Shown here: positions 13,135-28,380 of the stretch, piece by piece
How positions within the stretch are numbered: position 1 is the stretch's first letter
Layout of the letters: every line of letters begins with the position of its first letter
Source of the DNA: Octopus vulgaris
Taxonomy: Eukaryota
Length of the DNA stretch: 64,000 nt
Reading direction: 5' to 3'
Assembly (NCBI GenBank): GCA_951406725.2
Contig: OX597822.1
Coordinates: 95,790,001 to 95,854,000, forward strand
Program-made: the position numbers and the translations under genes
Notes under the pieces: model-generated
The model's database searches: none
Seen by the model: only the letters and a program-made list of their open reading frames with translations
Told to the model about the DNA's origin: nothing

Positions 13135-13420
13135 TATGATGATTATGATGATGATGATGATGGTGATGACGACGACGACGATGATGATGACGACGATAAC
13201 AATGACAGTGATGGTGCTGGGAATGATTGAGATGATGATGAGTGCGATGAGGGAAAACTACGGCGATAACGACGATGACGTTGATGGCGATGACACTGAT
13301 GCTGCTGCTGATGTCACTGATATTGATGATGACACTGAAGTATCAGATGATGACACTGATGTTGATAACACTGATGTTAACGATGATAACGATGATGATT
13401 GTTAATAGGAATGATGATGA

Positions 13421-13454
<34 letters not shown>

Positions 13455-13473
13455 GGTGGTGGTGGTGGTGATG

Positions 13474-13524
<51 letters not shown>

Positions 13525-13534
13525 TTGTTGTTGT

Positions 13535-13568
<34 letters not shown>

Positions 13569-13642
13569 GGTGGTGATGATGATGATGAGGATGATGATGA
13601 TGATGATGTTGATGATGATGATGATGATGATGATGATATTGT

Positions 13643-13677
<35 letters not shown>

Positions 13678-13726
13678 TTGTTGATGATGATGATGATGAT
13701 GATGATGGAGATGATGATGATGATGA
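13135..13726. repeat. (GAT)n/(GGT)n compound microsatellite
   Basis: Seen directly. Confidence 0.95.
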
Positions 13727-14205
13727 CGGTAACTACCAGTTATTTAAATAAAAGAACTTCTCAGTACAATTTTGCGTGTATATTATTTACTTGAGTGTAT
13801 GTATTATTTAATCAAGCGTGTTTGTATATCTTTTCGTTTTACTGTAAAATGCATCTCTTTGACAATTTTGAATTGACCAATTCTCACTGTCTTCATTCTC
13901 TATTTGTCTCTCTCTCTCACTCCCCTTTCTTCTCTCAAACTCTCTCTTTATCTATATACATATATAAAATTTTAAAATAGGATAAAACCTTTATAAGAAT
14001 TTATCAAGTAGTCACGGTGAAAAACCTCATAAGGGAAGATTTTAATTATTCCCTTTAAATATATTTATTAATATTAAGGACATTAGTATACATAAATGCC
14101 TCATGCTATGAGAGACTCTTAAAGTAAAATCTACCTTAATAAATAAAGTGTACCGAACGCGAGGGAATACAACTCTCGAAGCGAGCTCCTTAAAACAGTT
14201 TCAGT

Positions 14206-14263
14206 CGCAGATCATATGATTTCATAATTAGTGCACAAAATGCACTTTTTAATCGTCAATGCA
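14206..14263 (-). ncRNA. Degenerate type I hammerhead ribozyme inside an inverted repeat (14060-14161 / 14427-14522)
   Basis: Minus strand reads TGCA-TTGACGA-[stem II with AGTGCA/TGCACT]-GAAA-TCATATGA-TC-TGCG. C3 is mutated to T. Confidence 0.55.
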
Positions 14264-14521
14264 GGCATAATCAAGACACATAAAAATGAACAAAAAAATG
14301 AACATACCAGACGGACACCAAATGTATCCAGCATAGTACAAAGAGTTTTTCACTCCTATATATCTATGTAAGAGGCGAGCTTTTCGAATTGCATCTCGGT
14401 ACACATGTATATTCAGAATAATGTACCGCGTTCGGTACACTGTATTTATGGTAGCTTTGACTTTAAGACAACCCTCATAGTGTGAGGCATTTATGTATAG
14501 TAACGCCCTTAATATAAATAA

Positions 14522-14606
<85 letters not shown>

Positions 14607-14938
14607 TAAAAAGAATTCCAACCTTGTCTGATTTTCACGTTTTATTTACAATCTTATAATGATAATATATTATAATTGAGTAAAATAAAATGAAATAGTA
14701 GAATGTTAAATATTCATTCTGATTGAACTAGTACTTTCATGCATTGAATTCTGCAATCTTCGGGTTCATGTAGTAGTGTTGACAGTCATGCTTCACAATT
14801 TTTGACTGGGAAAGTTGGGCAGAGAATCTGCATCAAATTTTGCCAAAAGGTTGGTGATACCTGCTCAGAGTTCTACGCAGTTTTCACCCCTCTTCACTCG
14901 CTCCAAAGACGTCTAAGTGTGTTTCATGTGCAGGCAAG

Positions 14939-14994
14939 GTTTCATTCAGATGAAATCTTCAGGAAGCTTCCTGAAGATTTCATCTGAATGAAAC
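14939..14994. repeat. Perfect 56-bp palindrome containing CTGAAGA...GAAA
   Basis: GTTTCATTCAGATGAAATCTTCAGGAAG|CTTCCTGAAGATTTCATCTGAATGAAAC. Confidence 0.9.
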
Positions 14995-15096
14995 AGTTCT
15001 AGTCCTGTAGAAGCTCCTTCTATAAAATAAATTACTTTACTCTGCTATGTATTGAGTACCTTATTTACTGTGGTTAACCCCGACTCAACCCGGGAG

Positions 15097-15165
<69 letters not shown>

Positions 15166-15498
15166 CTGTTCCTGGGCTGGGTTTTTCGCTACTGAAGAGT
15201 AGAATAATTTGTTTGCAGTCTGTATATGTCTAGGTAGACCTTGATGAATGTCAGTAAGGTGATGCGTGTTTGAAAACTAATTGTAAGACGTAAAAATTGT
15301 AAGAGCAAGTTATTGTGACGATATTGTAAGTATGGCTGCGTTGGAAATTATTTTCCTTCTCGCATGGGTTATTGTAATTATTGAAAGAAGCTTCAGTCTT
15401 GTGCTTGATCAAGCGGTAGAATTTAATTTATACTGTTAGAGGGGTGTTAAATTATTTGGATAGATCATTAGCATATATAAATATACATACACACACAC

Positions 15499-16709
<1,211 letters not shown>

Positions 16710-17118
16710 ATACTCGCATTACACATATGTATGTGTTTATGTATGTGTGTACATACGTATGTAGCGTGAATTTAAGTATATTCAACTCTGTTTATTACAA
16801 TATCACGAAAGCTTTAATGAGTGTCTTTCAAAAGTCGTGACTTAGTATAATTAAAACCACAAATAACGGCATTGCTGACTTCCGAGATTTCACAAAAATA
16901 AAGGATAGCTATGACGTCTACTGCAAAACCTACAAAAGCTTAAGATCAACACCCAGTATACCTAACCCCTTTAAGAACTTATAAAGAGTATAAAGGGTAA
17001 GGTATAAAGAGTAAAGACCCCCTCTGGTCATGAATGGTCATGAGATTGCACCTAGAAAGTTCCCCGCCGAGGCACAAGTCTGGGCAAGGTTGTTAATGGA
17101 AAACCTGCAGCCACCCAT

Positions 17119-17445
17119 GTTAGTTAGTTAGTTAGTTAATTTTTGGCTCAAAAGCAAATAGCAAGGCCATGTAGGGGGACATGGAGTTAAGTACAGGGTG
17201 GTGTTCATGTAAAGAGTTCAGGACACTTGACGTCAAGGGAGACTTTGAACAAAGCGGTCGTAGGCATCTTCACCATCTCGTCTGGCAGCTTGTTCCACGG
17301 ATCCACAACCCGGACGGAGAAAGCTCCTCTCCTTCGATTGAGATGAAATCGTCGCAGGTAGAGCTTTTCGGAATGACCCCGCAGCCGACGCTCTGGAGCA
17401 GGAGTGAAGAACAGCTCTTTCGAGTTTCCCCTATCAACGAAAAGG
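17119..17445 (-). mobile_element. CR1 LINE 3' fragment with (TAAC)n tail, nested in another repeat
   Basis: RLRGHSEKLYLRRFHLNRRRGAFSVRVVDPWNKLP is a CR1 ORF2 C-terminus. GTTAG repeats mark the end. The host repeat (17010-17118, 17451-17620) resembles 23215-23400. Confidence 0.85.
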
Positions 17446-18140
17446 AAATTACCGATACAGCTTGGTGACTGTGACATCGCAACTCTTTCAGCAGCTGAGT
17501 GAACTGCAGCAATGTGAAATAAAGTGCCTTGCTCAAGAACACAACACAGCTGGTCTGGAAATCGAACTTACTACTTCATGATTGTGTGCCCGACACTCTA
17601 ACTACCGACTCAAGCGCCTTTACACTTAAAGATATAAAATAAACGAATACTCTTTTACTCTTTTATTTGTTTCAGTCATTTGACTGTGGCTATGCTGGAG
17701 CACCGCCTTTAGTCGAGCAAATCGACCCCAGGACTTATTCTTTGTAAGCCTAGTACTTATTCTATCGGTCTTTTTTGTAGTACTTTTTAGTACTATTCTA
17801 TCGGTGTAGCAAGGCCCTGCAATATGGTTTTGGAGAATAACAGTTTAAAATAAATAAATGAATTCCACACTCATCAGGAGTTATGCAAAACAAAAAAAGA
17901 AGTGCTGAACCGCAGCCGAAATTTTTAATTTAATGCCACATACAATCTCTAATATGTTTGAGACCTGGCTAAATTTAATCTCTAAACATTTACTCCTTGG
18001 CAACAATGTACATGAGCGTTTTAATCATTAAAACCTTGAAGTAAACTACATTTGTCTTTTTAATATTAATAATACTCATGCAAAGCAATGGAGAATAAGT
18101 GGAAATCATGTATGAAACATATAAACTCTCTCAACTTACA

Positions 18141-18918
18141 ATAGCGGTTCCCACACTTTTTTCGGGCTGCCTCCTTGCACTTTGGCCATGTTCCTACCCA
18201 GCTTCCAGTCACCACCACAAACATAGACAACTTTCTACAATAAATTCAAAACAACGGCATTTCACAAATAAAACCTAATTAACCCTTTATTTTGTTCTTT
18301 TTACATCAATGCGCCCATTTTGGGCACCCCATTATCGCAACCCATTTCTCCAACACCCCTGGATCTTTCCGCTGCCCCCTAAGGGTGACAGTATCATCCA
18401 CTTTGGGAACCAATGATTTACAACAACGATACTGAAATGCAAATGTAAATTCCAAAGCGATCGTTTACCCCAGTGGTACTCAACCATTTTTTGCCTTTGT
18501 ACCCCTTTGACTTTAATTTTACTCGGAAGGGCGCTCAAAGCCATTCGATGTCTTAAACAATTCTATTTCATTATTTATAATTAAATATTAGGAATTGTAT
18601 AGAAAATTGTTGAAATATTTTGTGTATTGTAGAAGTATAACTGATTTATTGGACATAAATTTTAATACCAACATCTTATATGGACCCCCATGGTTCATAT
18701 GGACCGGTTGAGAACCCTTCGCTTACCTCAGTATTTCTCAACTATTTTTTTACCCATGGACTCCTTTGATTCTTATTTTACTCGGGTGGACCCTTTTAGA
18801 AGATTGCTGCTTAAAATAGCATATTGTAGTTTTATTAAATACTAGACTAGCCATGACCTGTTGGGTCACCAATATTTCAAAGTACCCCACAAAAACCACG
18901 TATCTCGGGAATCAGTGG
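18141..18918. mobile_element. Cluster of about three decayed hAT-like MITEs
   Basis: Terminal words TAGCGGTTCCCA...TGGGAACCAATG, CAGTGGTACTCAACC...GGTTGAGAACCCT and CAGTATTTCTCAAC...GGGAATCAGTG. Confidence 0.45.
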
Positions 18919-18999
18919 TCCGAGTTACGCGAAACTTGTGTTATTCCATTTGTATTCACATTTCAATCGTACTTTACTTTCGAAGCATTTTCCCCATTA

Positions 19000-19811
19000 T
19001 ACGCTGGTTTGGCTACTTATAAAGGTACCTGGAAAAGCCGCGTGTCTCGGTAACCCGTGGTCAGATATACGTGAACCTTGTTTTATTCTGTTTGTATTTA
19101 CATGAGCATCCTGTTCACGATGTCTCCTGCTTTTGTCTCTTTCCCTCTGTTTCATCAGATGCTCAGCCGTCTGAAATTCCTGATCTCACCTGCTTATGCC
19201 TCTTACTCTCTGTTCTGCCAGTCGCCCAACCCTTGCTTTATCAGTCTCATTCATATCTCAATTCGCATGCCTGTCCTGATCTTGGGTAAATATTTCGGAA
19301 AGGACCCGTTCGTACTTCGGTGTGAAATAATTTTTTCCACAGGATTTTCGAGCGCATTCAGGATATATCACACCACCAAACCTGCCGCAAGTCATTTTCT
19401 TCCAGAAAAGAAAAGGGTGAGGGGGGGGATCAGAGTTTCTCGTGTAACTCCGAGTTTCCACCAACAGATTTTGTCTTGCGGGATTTTCTTTTCTTTTCCA
19501 GGTTATTTCGCATGTTTTCAACGAAATCACTCGTAGACGGATCCTGACCTCAGAAAATGTTATTTCGGATTTCTTGTAAAGAAATCCAAATTTTCCAATA
19601 TTTGGTTTTGCCTCCTGCTACGGATGGTGCAAGCTGTTTTCCATTAATATACTAGTTGCTGGAAGAAATGTTTTAAGTTATTGTGTTCCTTTCTCAGGCG
19701 CCATGAATAATCTGACAGAACTATTGTGTTCATATCATATCATTTATGGAAGAAAAAATATCGCGTGGGGTTTTAGAACGTAACACCCGTAATAATCAGG
19801 GGGTTACTGTA
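19000..19811 (-). mobile_element. Possible pogo/Tigger-like transposon remnant
   Basis: Minus-strand LFWKKM and KKRKSRK...ELHEKL fragments. Ends GGGGTTACTG-TA like a Tigger TIR. The other TIR was not found. Confidence 0.3.
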
Positions 19812-19878
19812 CATACTTTTATATATTCATGCGATTTGATGCTTCATTCGAGATCGTATGGGTAAATATTTATTTCCA

Positions 19879-19929
<51 letters not shown>

Positions 19930-19932
<3 letters not shown>

Positions 19933-20224
19933 CGTGACCGACCAGGCTATCAGATGTTGCTACACATCGCTGGTCACAAATGCGCTTTGCATTGTTTTAG
20001 CCTTCATATGACGCCACCCCGCTGGCTAAGCGAGCAGACCAACAGAAGAAAGAGAGAAAGTTTTGGCGAAAGAGCACAGCAAGGATCGTCACCACCCCCT
20101 GCCGGAGCCTCGTGAAGCTTTAGGTGTTTTCGCTCAATAAACACTCACAACGCCCGATCTGGGAATCGAAGCCGCAATTCTACAACCGCCAGTCCGCTGT
20201 CCTAACCACTGGGCCATTGCGCCT

Positions 20225-20225
<1 letters not shown>
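19930..20225 (-). mobile_element. SINE family C, alternative tail ending TCACGGTGA(TA)n
   Basis: Same head as 62398. The tail matches 52790. Confidence 0.85.
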
Positions 20226-20298
<73 letters not shown>

Positions 20299-20336
20299 TA
20301 TGTATATATATGTATATATATATATATATATACATA

Positions 20337-20368
<32 letters not shown>

Positions 20369-20394
20369 AAATCTTGCACAACAAATATTTAAAC

Positions 20395-20452
<58 letters not shown>

Positions 20453-21369
20453 ACATTTGTATATAAATATTTAGGTACTTCTGTTGTGTATGTGTATATG
20501 TGTATATATACATACATAGATACATATATATATACAAGTAACTAAATACTTATAATACTTACATATGCATGTATAGTTGTATATGTATATGTGTGTAAGT
20601 ACGTATATATATATATATATATACATCTGCATATGAGTTCGCCAATATATATATTGTTATGTGCTTACTATATATGCATATGTGTTCGTCCGTATTTTTG
20701 TGAGAATATATATACATTTACACACCCACACATCTACACACATAAATATATATTTGTGTGTGTATCTGTGTGCGCGTGCGTGTGTGCGTGTGCTATCACA
20801 ATATGATTATCGTTTTAGATGACCTTACTTGACTATGCATACATATGTTCAATTGGCACGTACTTAAATATATTGGCAAGTCTATTTAATTAATGTTACT
20901 TAAAATACCTGCATTCTCTCTTGAATATTGATATAGCTTAATATATCCCCATTATAAAGCATTCTGCAGAGTTTGTTGCGCTATAGTTTTATACATTAAC
21001 TAAAAATATCTAATGCACTTACCTGAAAGGGCATAACATAATTGTTTCAGTTCGAAATTATGTGTTTAACGGGCTAATTATTATAAAAGGTATTAACGGG
21101 ATTTATTACTGATTACATACTTTACATTTTATATTGCATTTTTAAAATAATATTCAGAAATATAGCTCTACAATTAATTTTGCTGCAGCATTTAAGTTTC
21201 TGTATTTATACTTCATTTCATACAATTATCCTGCATTATATACAATTATGTGCTTTAATGTTTGTTGTGTTTATGCCATGTTTTCAAAGCTCACACGGAC
21301 TTCTGGATTCTGCTGTGGGATTCCTACTTTAAACTCTCCATTAGATTTCTGATCGAATTAGTTTGGATA

Positions 21370-21540
21370 GGCGCAGGAGTGGCTGTGTGGTAAGTAGCTT
21401 GCTAACCAACCACATGGTTCCGGGTTCAGTCCCACTGCGTGGCATCTTGGGCAAGTGTCTTCTGCTATAGCCCCGGGCCGACCAATGCCTTGTGAGTGGA
21501 TTTGGTAGACGGAAACTGAAAGAAGCCTGTCGTATATATG

Positions 21541-21575
<35 letters not shown>

Positions 21576-21785
21576 TTGTGTGTCTGTGTTTGTCCCCCTA
21601 ACATTACTTGACAACCGATGCTGACGTGTTTACGTCCCCGTCACTTAGCGGTTCGGCAAAAGAGACCGATAGAATAAGTACTGGGCTTACAAAGAATAAG
21701 TCCCGGGGTCGGTTTTCTCGACTAAAAGGCGGTGCTCCAGCATGGCCGCAGTCAAATGACTGAAACAAGTAAAAGAGTAAAAGAG
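21370..21785 (+). mobile_element. SINE family A, full length
   Basis: Near identical to 267-668. Confidence 0.9.
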
Positions 21786-22097
21786 AGTATATTGTTTCAT
21801 TTCTCTAAACACTGTACCAATCTACTGCGACTTGTTTCTTGTTTTCTTTTCTTATTTCTCCTCTTTTCTAATGACGGAAGAAGCATTAAGAAATATCAAA
21901 ACACATTTCCCCAAAAAAGTTAAAACAATTTACATTAACATACAGCAACAAATTCAAAAGGTAACTCAAAGAAAAACAATAATATATAAAATGTATTACA
22001 CCCAAAGCGAGGCAACTTGAAGGAGAGATGCAGGCCCAGATCAAAGAAAGGCTTTAAACCAATTTGGAGTATAGAAACCGATATCGCTATATATATA

Positions 22098-22150
<53 letters not shown>

Positions 22151-22549
22151 AGCCCAGACTTAACCATCCCAACGTACTGATACAGAGAAATTCACACCAA
22201 GGGAAAGGAAATAATTTTTAAGCGATTATCTCCATTACACCGGAAGAAAGCACTCATTACCTCCCCTTATTTAGAACTCTCTTGAACATAAACATAACGA
22301 AAACTCTGTTCAACATAAACATAACGTCGCAAGAAATTTGAAAAGCTAAACGCGAAACCGGTCTTTTTTCTAAATTATGTCATTATAAGAGAAAAAAATT
22401 TTTTTAATATTCTTCAAAAATTTTTTTAATATTCTTCAGACATATTGACGCAAATATATATTTTTTAACATTTAAGCCTTCTGTAGTTTTTTCAATTTTT
22501 ACTATTTTCTATATATTCAACCACGTGCTTTCACAAACCAACTTTCTTA

Positions 22550-22606
<57 letters not shown>

Positions 22607-23026
22607 AAAGGATGTGTTATAATACTATTCCGTAGCCATACCAACAATCCAGTGAAACTATTCCACACACACAAAACCACCCATACCAACAATCCAACAT
22701 ACCTCCATCATCAGCTGCGTCACGGGTATCATTATGGTTTCGACACCTGGGCAATGCTATTCAATCCGGCGTTGTTTGGGAACAAAACAAGCCAAAGAAA
22801 CCACAACTTTCAAGTACATTTACAACCGTATGTACAACCGTATCGATAAATAAATTCAATAAGTATATTACAGCCACTCCTGAATACTAAAGAGTGACAA
22901 ATCTATTAAGTCATACAAAGATTATAATCCCTACCATCTTCCGCAGTATAATAAAAAAGGAAAACTTAATAACCACATTATTTCAATCAATCAATGAATA
23001 GTCAGGATTAAACACTAACGTTAATA

Positions 23027-23157
23027 TAAGGTTGTCCCAAAAGTTCGTAAAAACTTTGCGAAAATTTGAATTTTTATGCAATTTTTAATTGTTTGTTTGG
23101 GTTTATATTGTTATAGTCAATTTTCGCAAGTGTTTACGAACTTTTGGGACAACCTAA
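23027..23157. mobile_element. Tc1/mariner-type MITE
   Basis: TIRs T(A/T)AGGTTGTCCCAAAAGTTCGTAAA...; TA on both flanks. Confidence 0.8.
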
Positions 23158-23409
23158 TAAAACTACAACAAATATACATATAAATCAACGTATATTGTAT
23201 CGGTATTAAAAGTGTGACCCCCTACGGTCATGAATGACCATAGGATTGCACCTAGAAAATAACCCTCCGAGTGGGCAAGGTTGTTTATGGAAGACCAGCA
23301 GTCGCCCACGCATACCAGACTCCCCCTCCACGCAACTAATGTTATCCAAGGGAAAGGCAAAGGCAGATACAGCTTGGCACCAGTGACGTCGCAGCTCATT
23401 TATTAACGT

Positions 23410-23630
23410 GCAAGAGGCAGAGCACTCCACAGATACGTGTACCAATAAATTCAGGTACAACAGAAACAGGAAGAAAGAGTGAGAGAAAATTGTGGAGAAA
23501 GAGTGCAGCAGGGTTCACCACCACCCCTTGCCGGAGCCTCATGGAGCTTTAGGTGTTCTCGCTCAATAAACACTTACAATGCCTGGTCTGGGAATCGAAA
23601 CCACGATCCTACGACCGCGAGTCCGCTGCC
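23410..23630 (-). mobile_element. SINE family C, partial
   Basis: GGAGCTTTAGGTGTTCTCGCTCAATAAACAC. Confidence 0.75.
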
Positions 23631-23660
23631 CAAATCACCAGTATTTATAGTAAACTATAG

Positions 23661-24076
23661 GGCGGCGAGCTGGCAGAAACGTTAGCACGCCGGGCGAAAT
23701 GCGTAGCCGTATTTCGTCTCTCGTTACGTTGTGAGTTCAAATTCCGCCGAGGTCAACTTTGCCTTTCATCCTTTCGGGGTCGATTAAAGAAGTACCAGTT
23801 ACGCACTGGGGTCGATATAATCGACTTAATCCATTTGTCTGTCCTTGTTTGTCCCCTCCATGTTTAGCCCCTTGTGGGTAGTAAAGAAATAAGTATTTCG
23901 TCAGCCGTTACGTTCTGAGTTCAAATTCCGCCGAGGTCGACTTTGCCTTTCATCCTTTCGGGGTCGATTATAGAAGTACCAGTTACGCACTGGGCTCGAT
24001 GTAGTCGACTTAATACCTATGTCTGTTCTTGTTTGTCCCCTCTATGTTTAGCCCCTTGTGGGTAATAAAGAAATAG
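23661..24076 (+). mobile_element. SINE family B dimer with 16-bp TSD
   Basis: TSD GTATTTATAGTAAACT at 23641-23656 and 24077-24092. Junction GAAATA-AGTATTTCG at ~23892. Confidence 0.9.
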
Positions 24077-24300
24077 GTATTTATAGTAAACTGCACTAAC
24101 TAAATTATATGCTAAATTGCGACCAATCTCTAAGACGATACAAATAGTCATCCCACCAGTCTTCCATAGACACTACTATAATGAAAATTGAAGCTGTATA
24201 TAAATCTCTCCAAAACAAAACAAACACATTTGAAATTAATATGTTTATGACTGAAATACATTATTTCATCAGTCAAAAGTTAAAAATAAAACGTTACATA

Positions 24301-24463
24301 GCGCAGGAGTGGCTGTGTGGTAAGTAGCTTGCTAACCAACCACATGGTTCCGGGTTCAGTCCACTGCGTGGCATCTTGGGCAAGTGTCTTCTACTATAGC
24401 CCCGGGCCGACCAATGCCTTGTGAGTGGATTTGGTAGACGGAAACTGAAAGAAGCCTGTCGTA

Positions 24464-24554
<91 letters not shown>

Positions 24555-24768
24555 TTGTGTGTCTGTGTTTGTTACCCTAGCATTGCTTGATAACCGATGC
24601 TGGTGTGTTTACGTCCCCGTCACTTAGCGGTTCGGAAAAAAGAGACCGATAGAATAAGCACCGGGCTTACAAAAAGAATAAGTCCCGGGGTCGAGTTGCT
24701 CGACTAAAGGCGGTGCTCCAGCATGGCCGCAGTCAAATGACTGAAACAATTAAAAGAGTAAAAAGAGA
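24301..24768 (+). mobile_element. SINE family A, full length
   Basis: Near identical to 267-668. Confidence 0.9.
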
Positions 24769-26246
24769 GGTATTCATTAATATATCACCACTATAAGCTA
24801 TTATATCAAACTACCAGTAATTAATATAAACATTAAATCTTATTAAATAAGAACCAATAAAAGTACTTGTAATTAACTATTATTATAAACCTTGCTATGT
24901 TTAAAGCTACTTAAAACTGTTTGAACGATAATAAAACCAAAGGTATTAACACTTATAGTTTAATTAGGACACGCGGTTCCATCACCAAGAATTTAAAGGG
25001 TCAACTAAATATTGATGACGTAGTGCGTATTTACTAGTTTCTCGATTGCCTCAATATTGATGAAGTAGTAAGCAAATAACTCGAACCGTAAACCTTTCAA
25101 ATCCTTACAAATATGGAAGAATGAGACCGTTACTCCATTACAACAACCCGTGTACACAAAAATGTCCTATTCGATACTTACCAACCATAAACACACACGT
25201 ACACACATATACACACGCACGCTTAAATACACATACATCTACACATACGTACATACATATTAACTACATACACTTGTGTCAGAAATTAATTAGCACTTCT
25301 CAAATTTCTACATTAAATAGGTTAAATCAATTAACCTATGAGCTGTTCAAAACGTCTTACGCGATGAGAAAACTTAGTATGGTGTGATTTCGGTCCTTGC
25401 GAGGCGCTACCTATATCTATTAAACAAAGGAAGATTTGTCTGCATCCGCACTCCAAGTTGTTGTTGCACTGCTATGTCAACATCATAAGGCTGTAGACTC
25501 TCAAACTGCTCTGCAAACAAAGTTACGTCATCGTTCTGCGCAACAGTGAACTCGCAACAAAGCAATAGTTCGAGATATGGCCACTAGGTGACAGCACATA
25601 CCTTGAGTGAAGAGCAAATCAAGGGTGCTAATTAATTTCTGACGGTAGTGTATATGTATTTCAGTCTCACGCATCTCAACATGTATGTATGGATTTCTAC
25701 ATGTAAATGCGTGAAAGGGATGATTATAAATGGGTAATCCATTCGTCTGTTAATCTATCGATATCTCATTTCTCTCCTTCTCTCCTTCTCTCATCATTCT
25801 CTCTCTCTCACTTTCACACAAACGTATACACACCTACACACACACGAGCATCCTTGTTTACAAAATATGCGTTTATGCGCCTGTGCGCATTTGTATAACA
25901 CAGTAAACATTTATCTTGGAAAGATAAATGGTAATAATTACAATATTACAATTATTGTTTAAACATACCTCTCCTTTAATTACACATTCCACACTTATTC
26001 CAAATAATCACATATTATGGAAGAATTATCGTAAACGATTAATCACACCTACACAACCTTGAAAACACAGACATATTTACATATATACATATACATACAC
26101 ACACACACACATATTTATATATATATATATGCACACACGTTTATATGTACACAAACAGACACACACACGTATATACACATATTCACACACAAGTCTTTAT
26201 AGCATATTTATGTACATATATATATATGTTAGTATGCGTGTTTGTG

Positions 26247-26280
<34 letters not shown>

Positions 26281-26370
26281 GATATAAATATGAATGTATT
26301 TGTGTATATATATATATATATACATGTGTGTGTATCTATATAGGCATATATATATATAAATACGTATGTA

Positions 26371-26408
<38 letters not shown>

Positions 26409-26476
26409 CGCACATACATACATGTACATACATACATACATACATACATACATACATACATACATACATACATACA

Positions 26477-26507
<31 letters not shown>

Positions 26508-27772
26508 GTGTATGTATACATATACGGAGTTTATATCTGTTGCAATTTAATCTCATTGTGACATCAGGCCGCTGGTGATGTGAATCATTGATACTCAAAA
26601 CATTGTCAACGTCTCTTTATCTCACCTTCCTACCACGCTGCCAACCTAATGTTCTAAATTATAAACACAGCTTCGATGAAATTAATTTGTTTCCTTGACT
26701 ATCGCTTATACTTTTACAAGATGTCATTGTATATTCAACATTGAGAAGATGTTTTGTACTGGTCATTCTTGTTTAAAATCCATATCAGCGGCTTCGAAGT
26801 ACACCAATAAACAAACTAATTACCTTCATATCTGTTGCCATTTTCGTCTTTTTATTTGTTTTTTTTTTTGTTTTTTTTTTTCAGATACTAATACCTTTAA
26901 GGTTGTAAAATTGAGGGAGATTTATTTGCTGTTATAAGCTGACAAGCTATTATATGAAAGCTTCCTCTTTGACAAGCTATCATATGAAGGCTTCCTCGTT
27001 GACTCTTCACAATAAATTACATGAGTTTCTCCTATGACACTTCAACTAAGGAAATTCTTTTCAAATAATGATTATCCTATTAAATAGCTTTTAAGGAGAG
27101 AAAAATTTAATTTCTTCGAAATATTTCATCAAAAAGTTGTTGGATGGATTTTAGCTAATATTCTTAATAATAATCTCATAGTTGGTGCTACGATTAAAGA
27201 TTGATACTATGGTATTATTTTCTTTACAAGGATTCATTTTATAACACTTCATCTCTTTATCTAAATACATATTAGCTTCTAAAATATATCTAAAACATGT
27301 CAAGGCTAAGCCGCCATTTGTAAACCAGTACAATCTTGTAGATTGTACCATGCTTTCACTCGTTATTTTCGATGCCTGTGTAGTTGCGTGCAGCTACAAA
27401 CACCCACTCGGCCATTCCATCCTTTACCCCAGCGGAGCATGGAGGATGTGCTAGGTATGAGGATAGAAAGCTGATCTAGCTGTCTGTTGGTACTCATTTT
27501 CAACTCAGTAGACCGAACAATGATCCTTGTTTAAGGCTCTAACACTCTGCCTAACCATAATCGACTCCACGAGCTTATGATCGTAAGTCCAATACCCTAA
27601 CTATTAAGCCACATACTTTCATACGAAATACGTACATGCTAACTCACATCATTATCACAATAGATAGTCCGTCGATAGCTGCGGCAATTGGTTGTGTTGT
27701 ATTACAACATGACAGTGTTAGAATTTGAATTTTATCTTTATTATATTTTCCACATACCTTCGCATAAAACAT

Positions 27773-27821
<49 letters not shown>

Positions 27822-27824
<3 letters not shown>

Positions 27825-27983
27825 AGCAGGAGTGGCTGTGTGGTAAGTAGCTTGATTACCTACAGCATGGTTGCGGGTTTAGTCCCACAGCGTGGCACCT
27901 TGGCTAAATGTCTTCTACTGTAGCTTCGAGGCGACCAAAGCCTTGCGAGTGGATTTAGTAGACGGAAGCTGAAAGAAGCCCGT

Positions 27984-27984
<1 letters not shown>
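27822..27984 (+). mobile_element. SINE family A, 5' part
   Basis: GGAGCAGGAGTGGCTGTGTGGTAAGTAGC. Confidence 0.8.
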
Positions 27985-28060
<76 letters not shown>

Positions 28061-28067
28061 GTATATA

Positions 28068-28151
<84 letters not shown>

Positions 28152-28380
28152 GGGAATATGATTCCATCCTTACATGAAAAAATTCATTTTAGTAACACTA
28201 AATCAAATTTCAAAATATACAATATATATATATAAAAATTAGAGAAGAACCACCATGTAGCAATTCAACAATGATATACTTAAATCATACCATATCGAAA
28301 AAAATTAAAGATACGATAAATCATTTACCTAGAACTAAATTAAATACGAAATGATAAATAAATAGTATATAATTAGTAAA

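Noticed and set aside
13082-13794. Poly-Asp/Met ORFs
   Set aside because: They come from the (GAT)n microsatellite.
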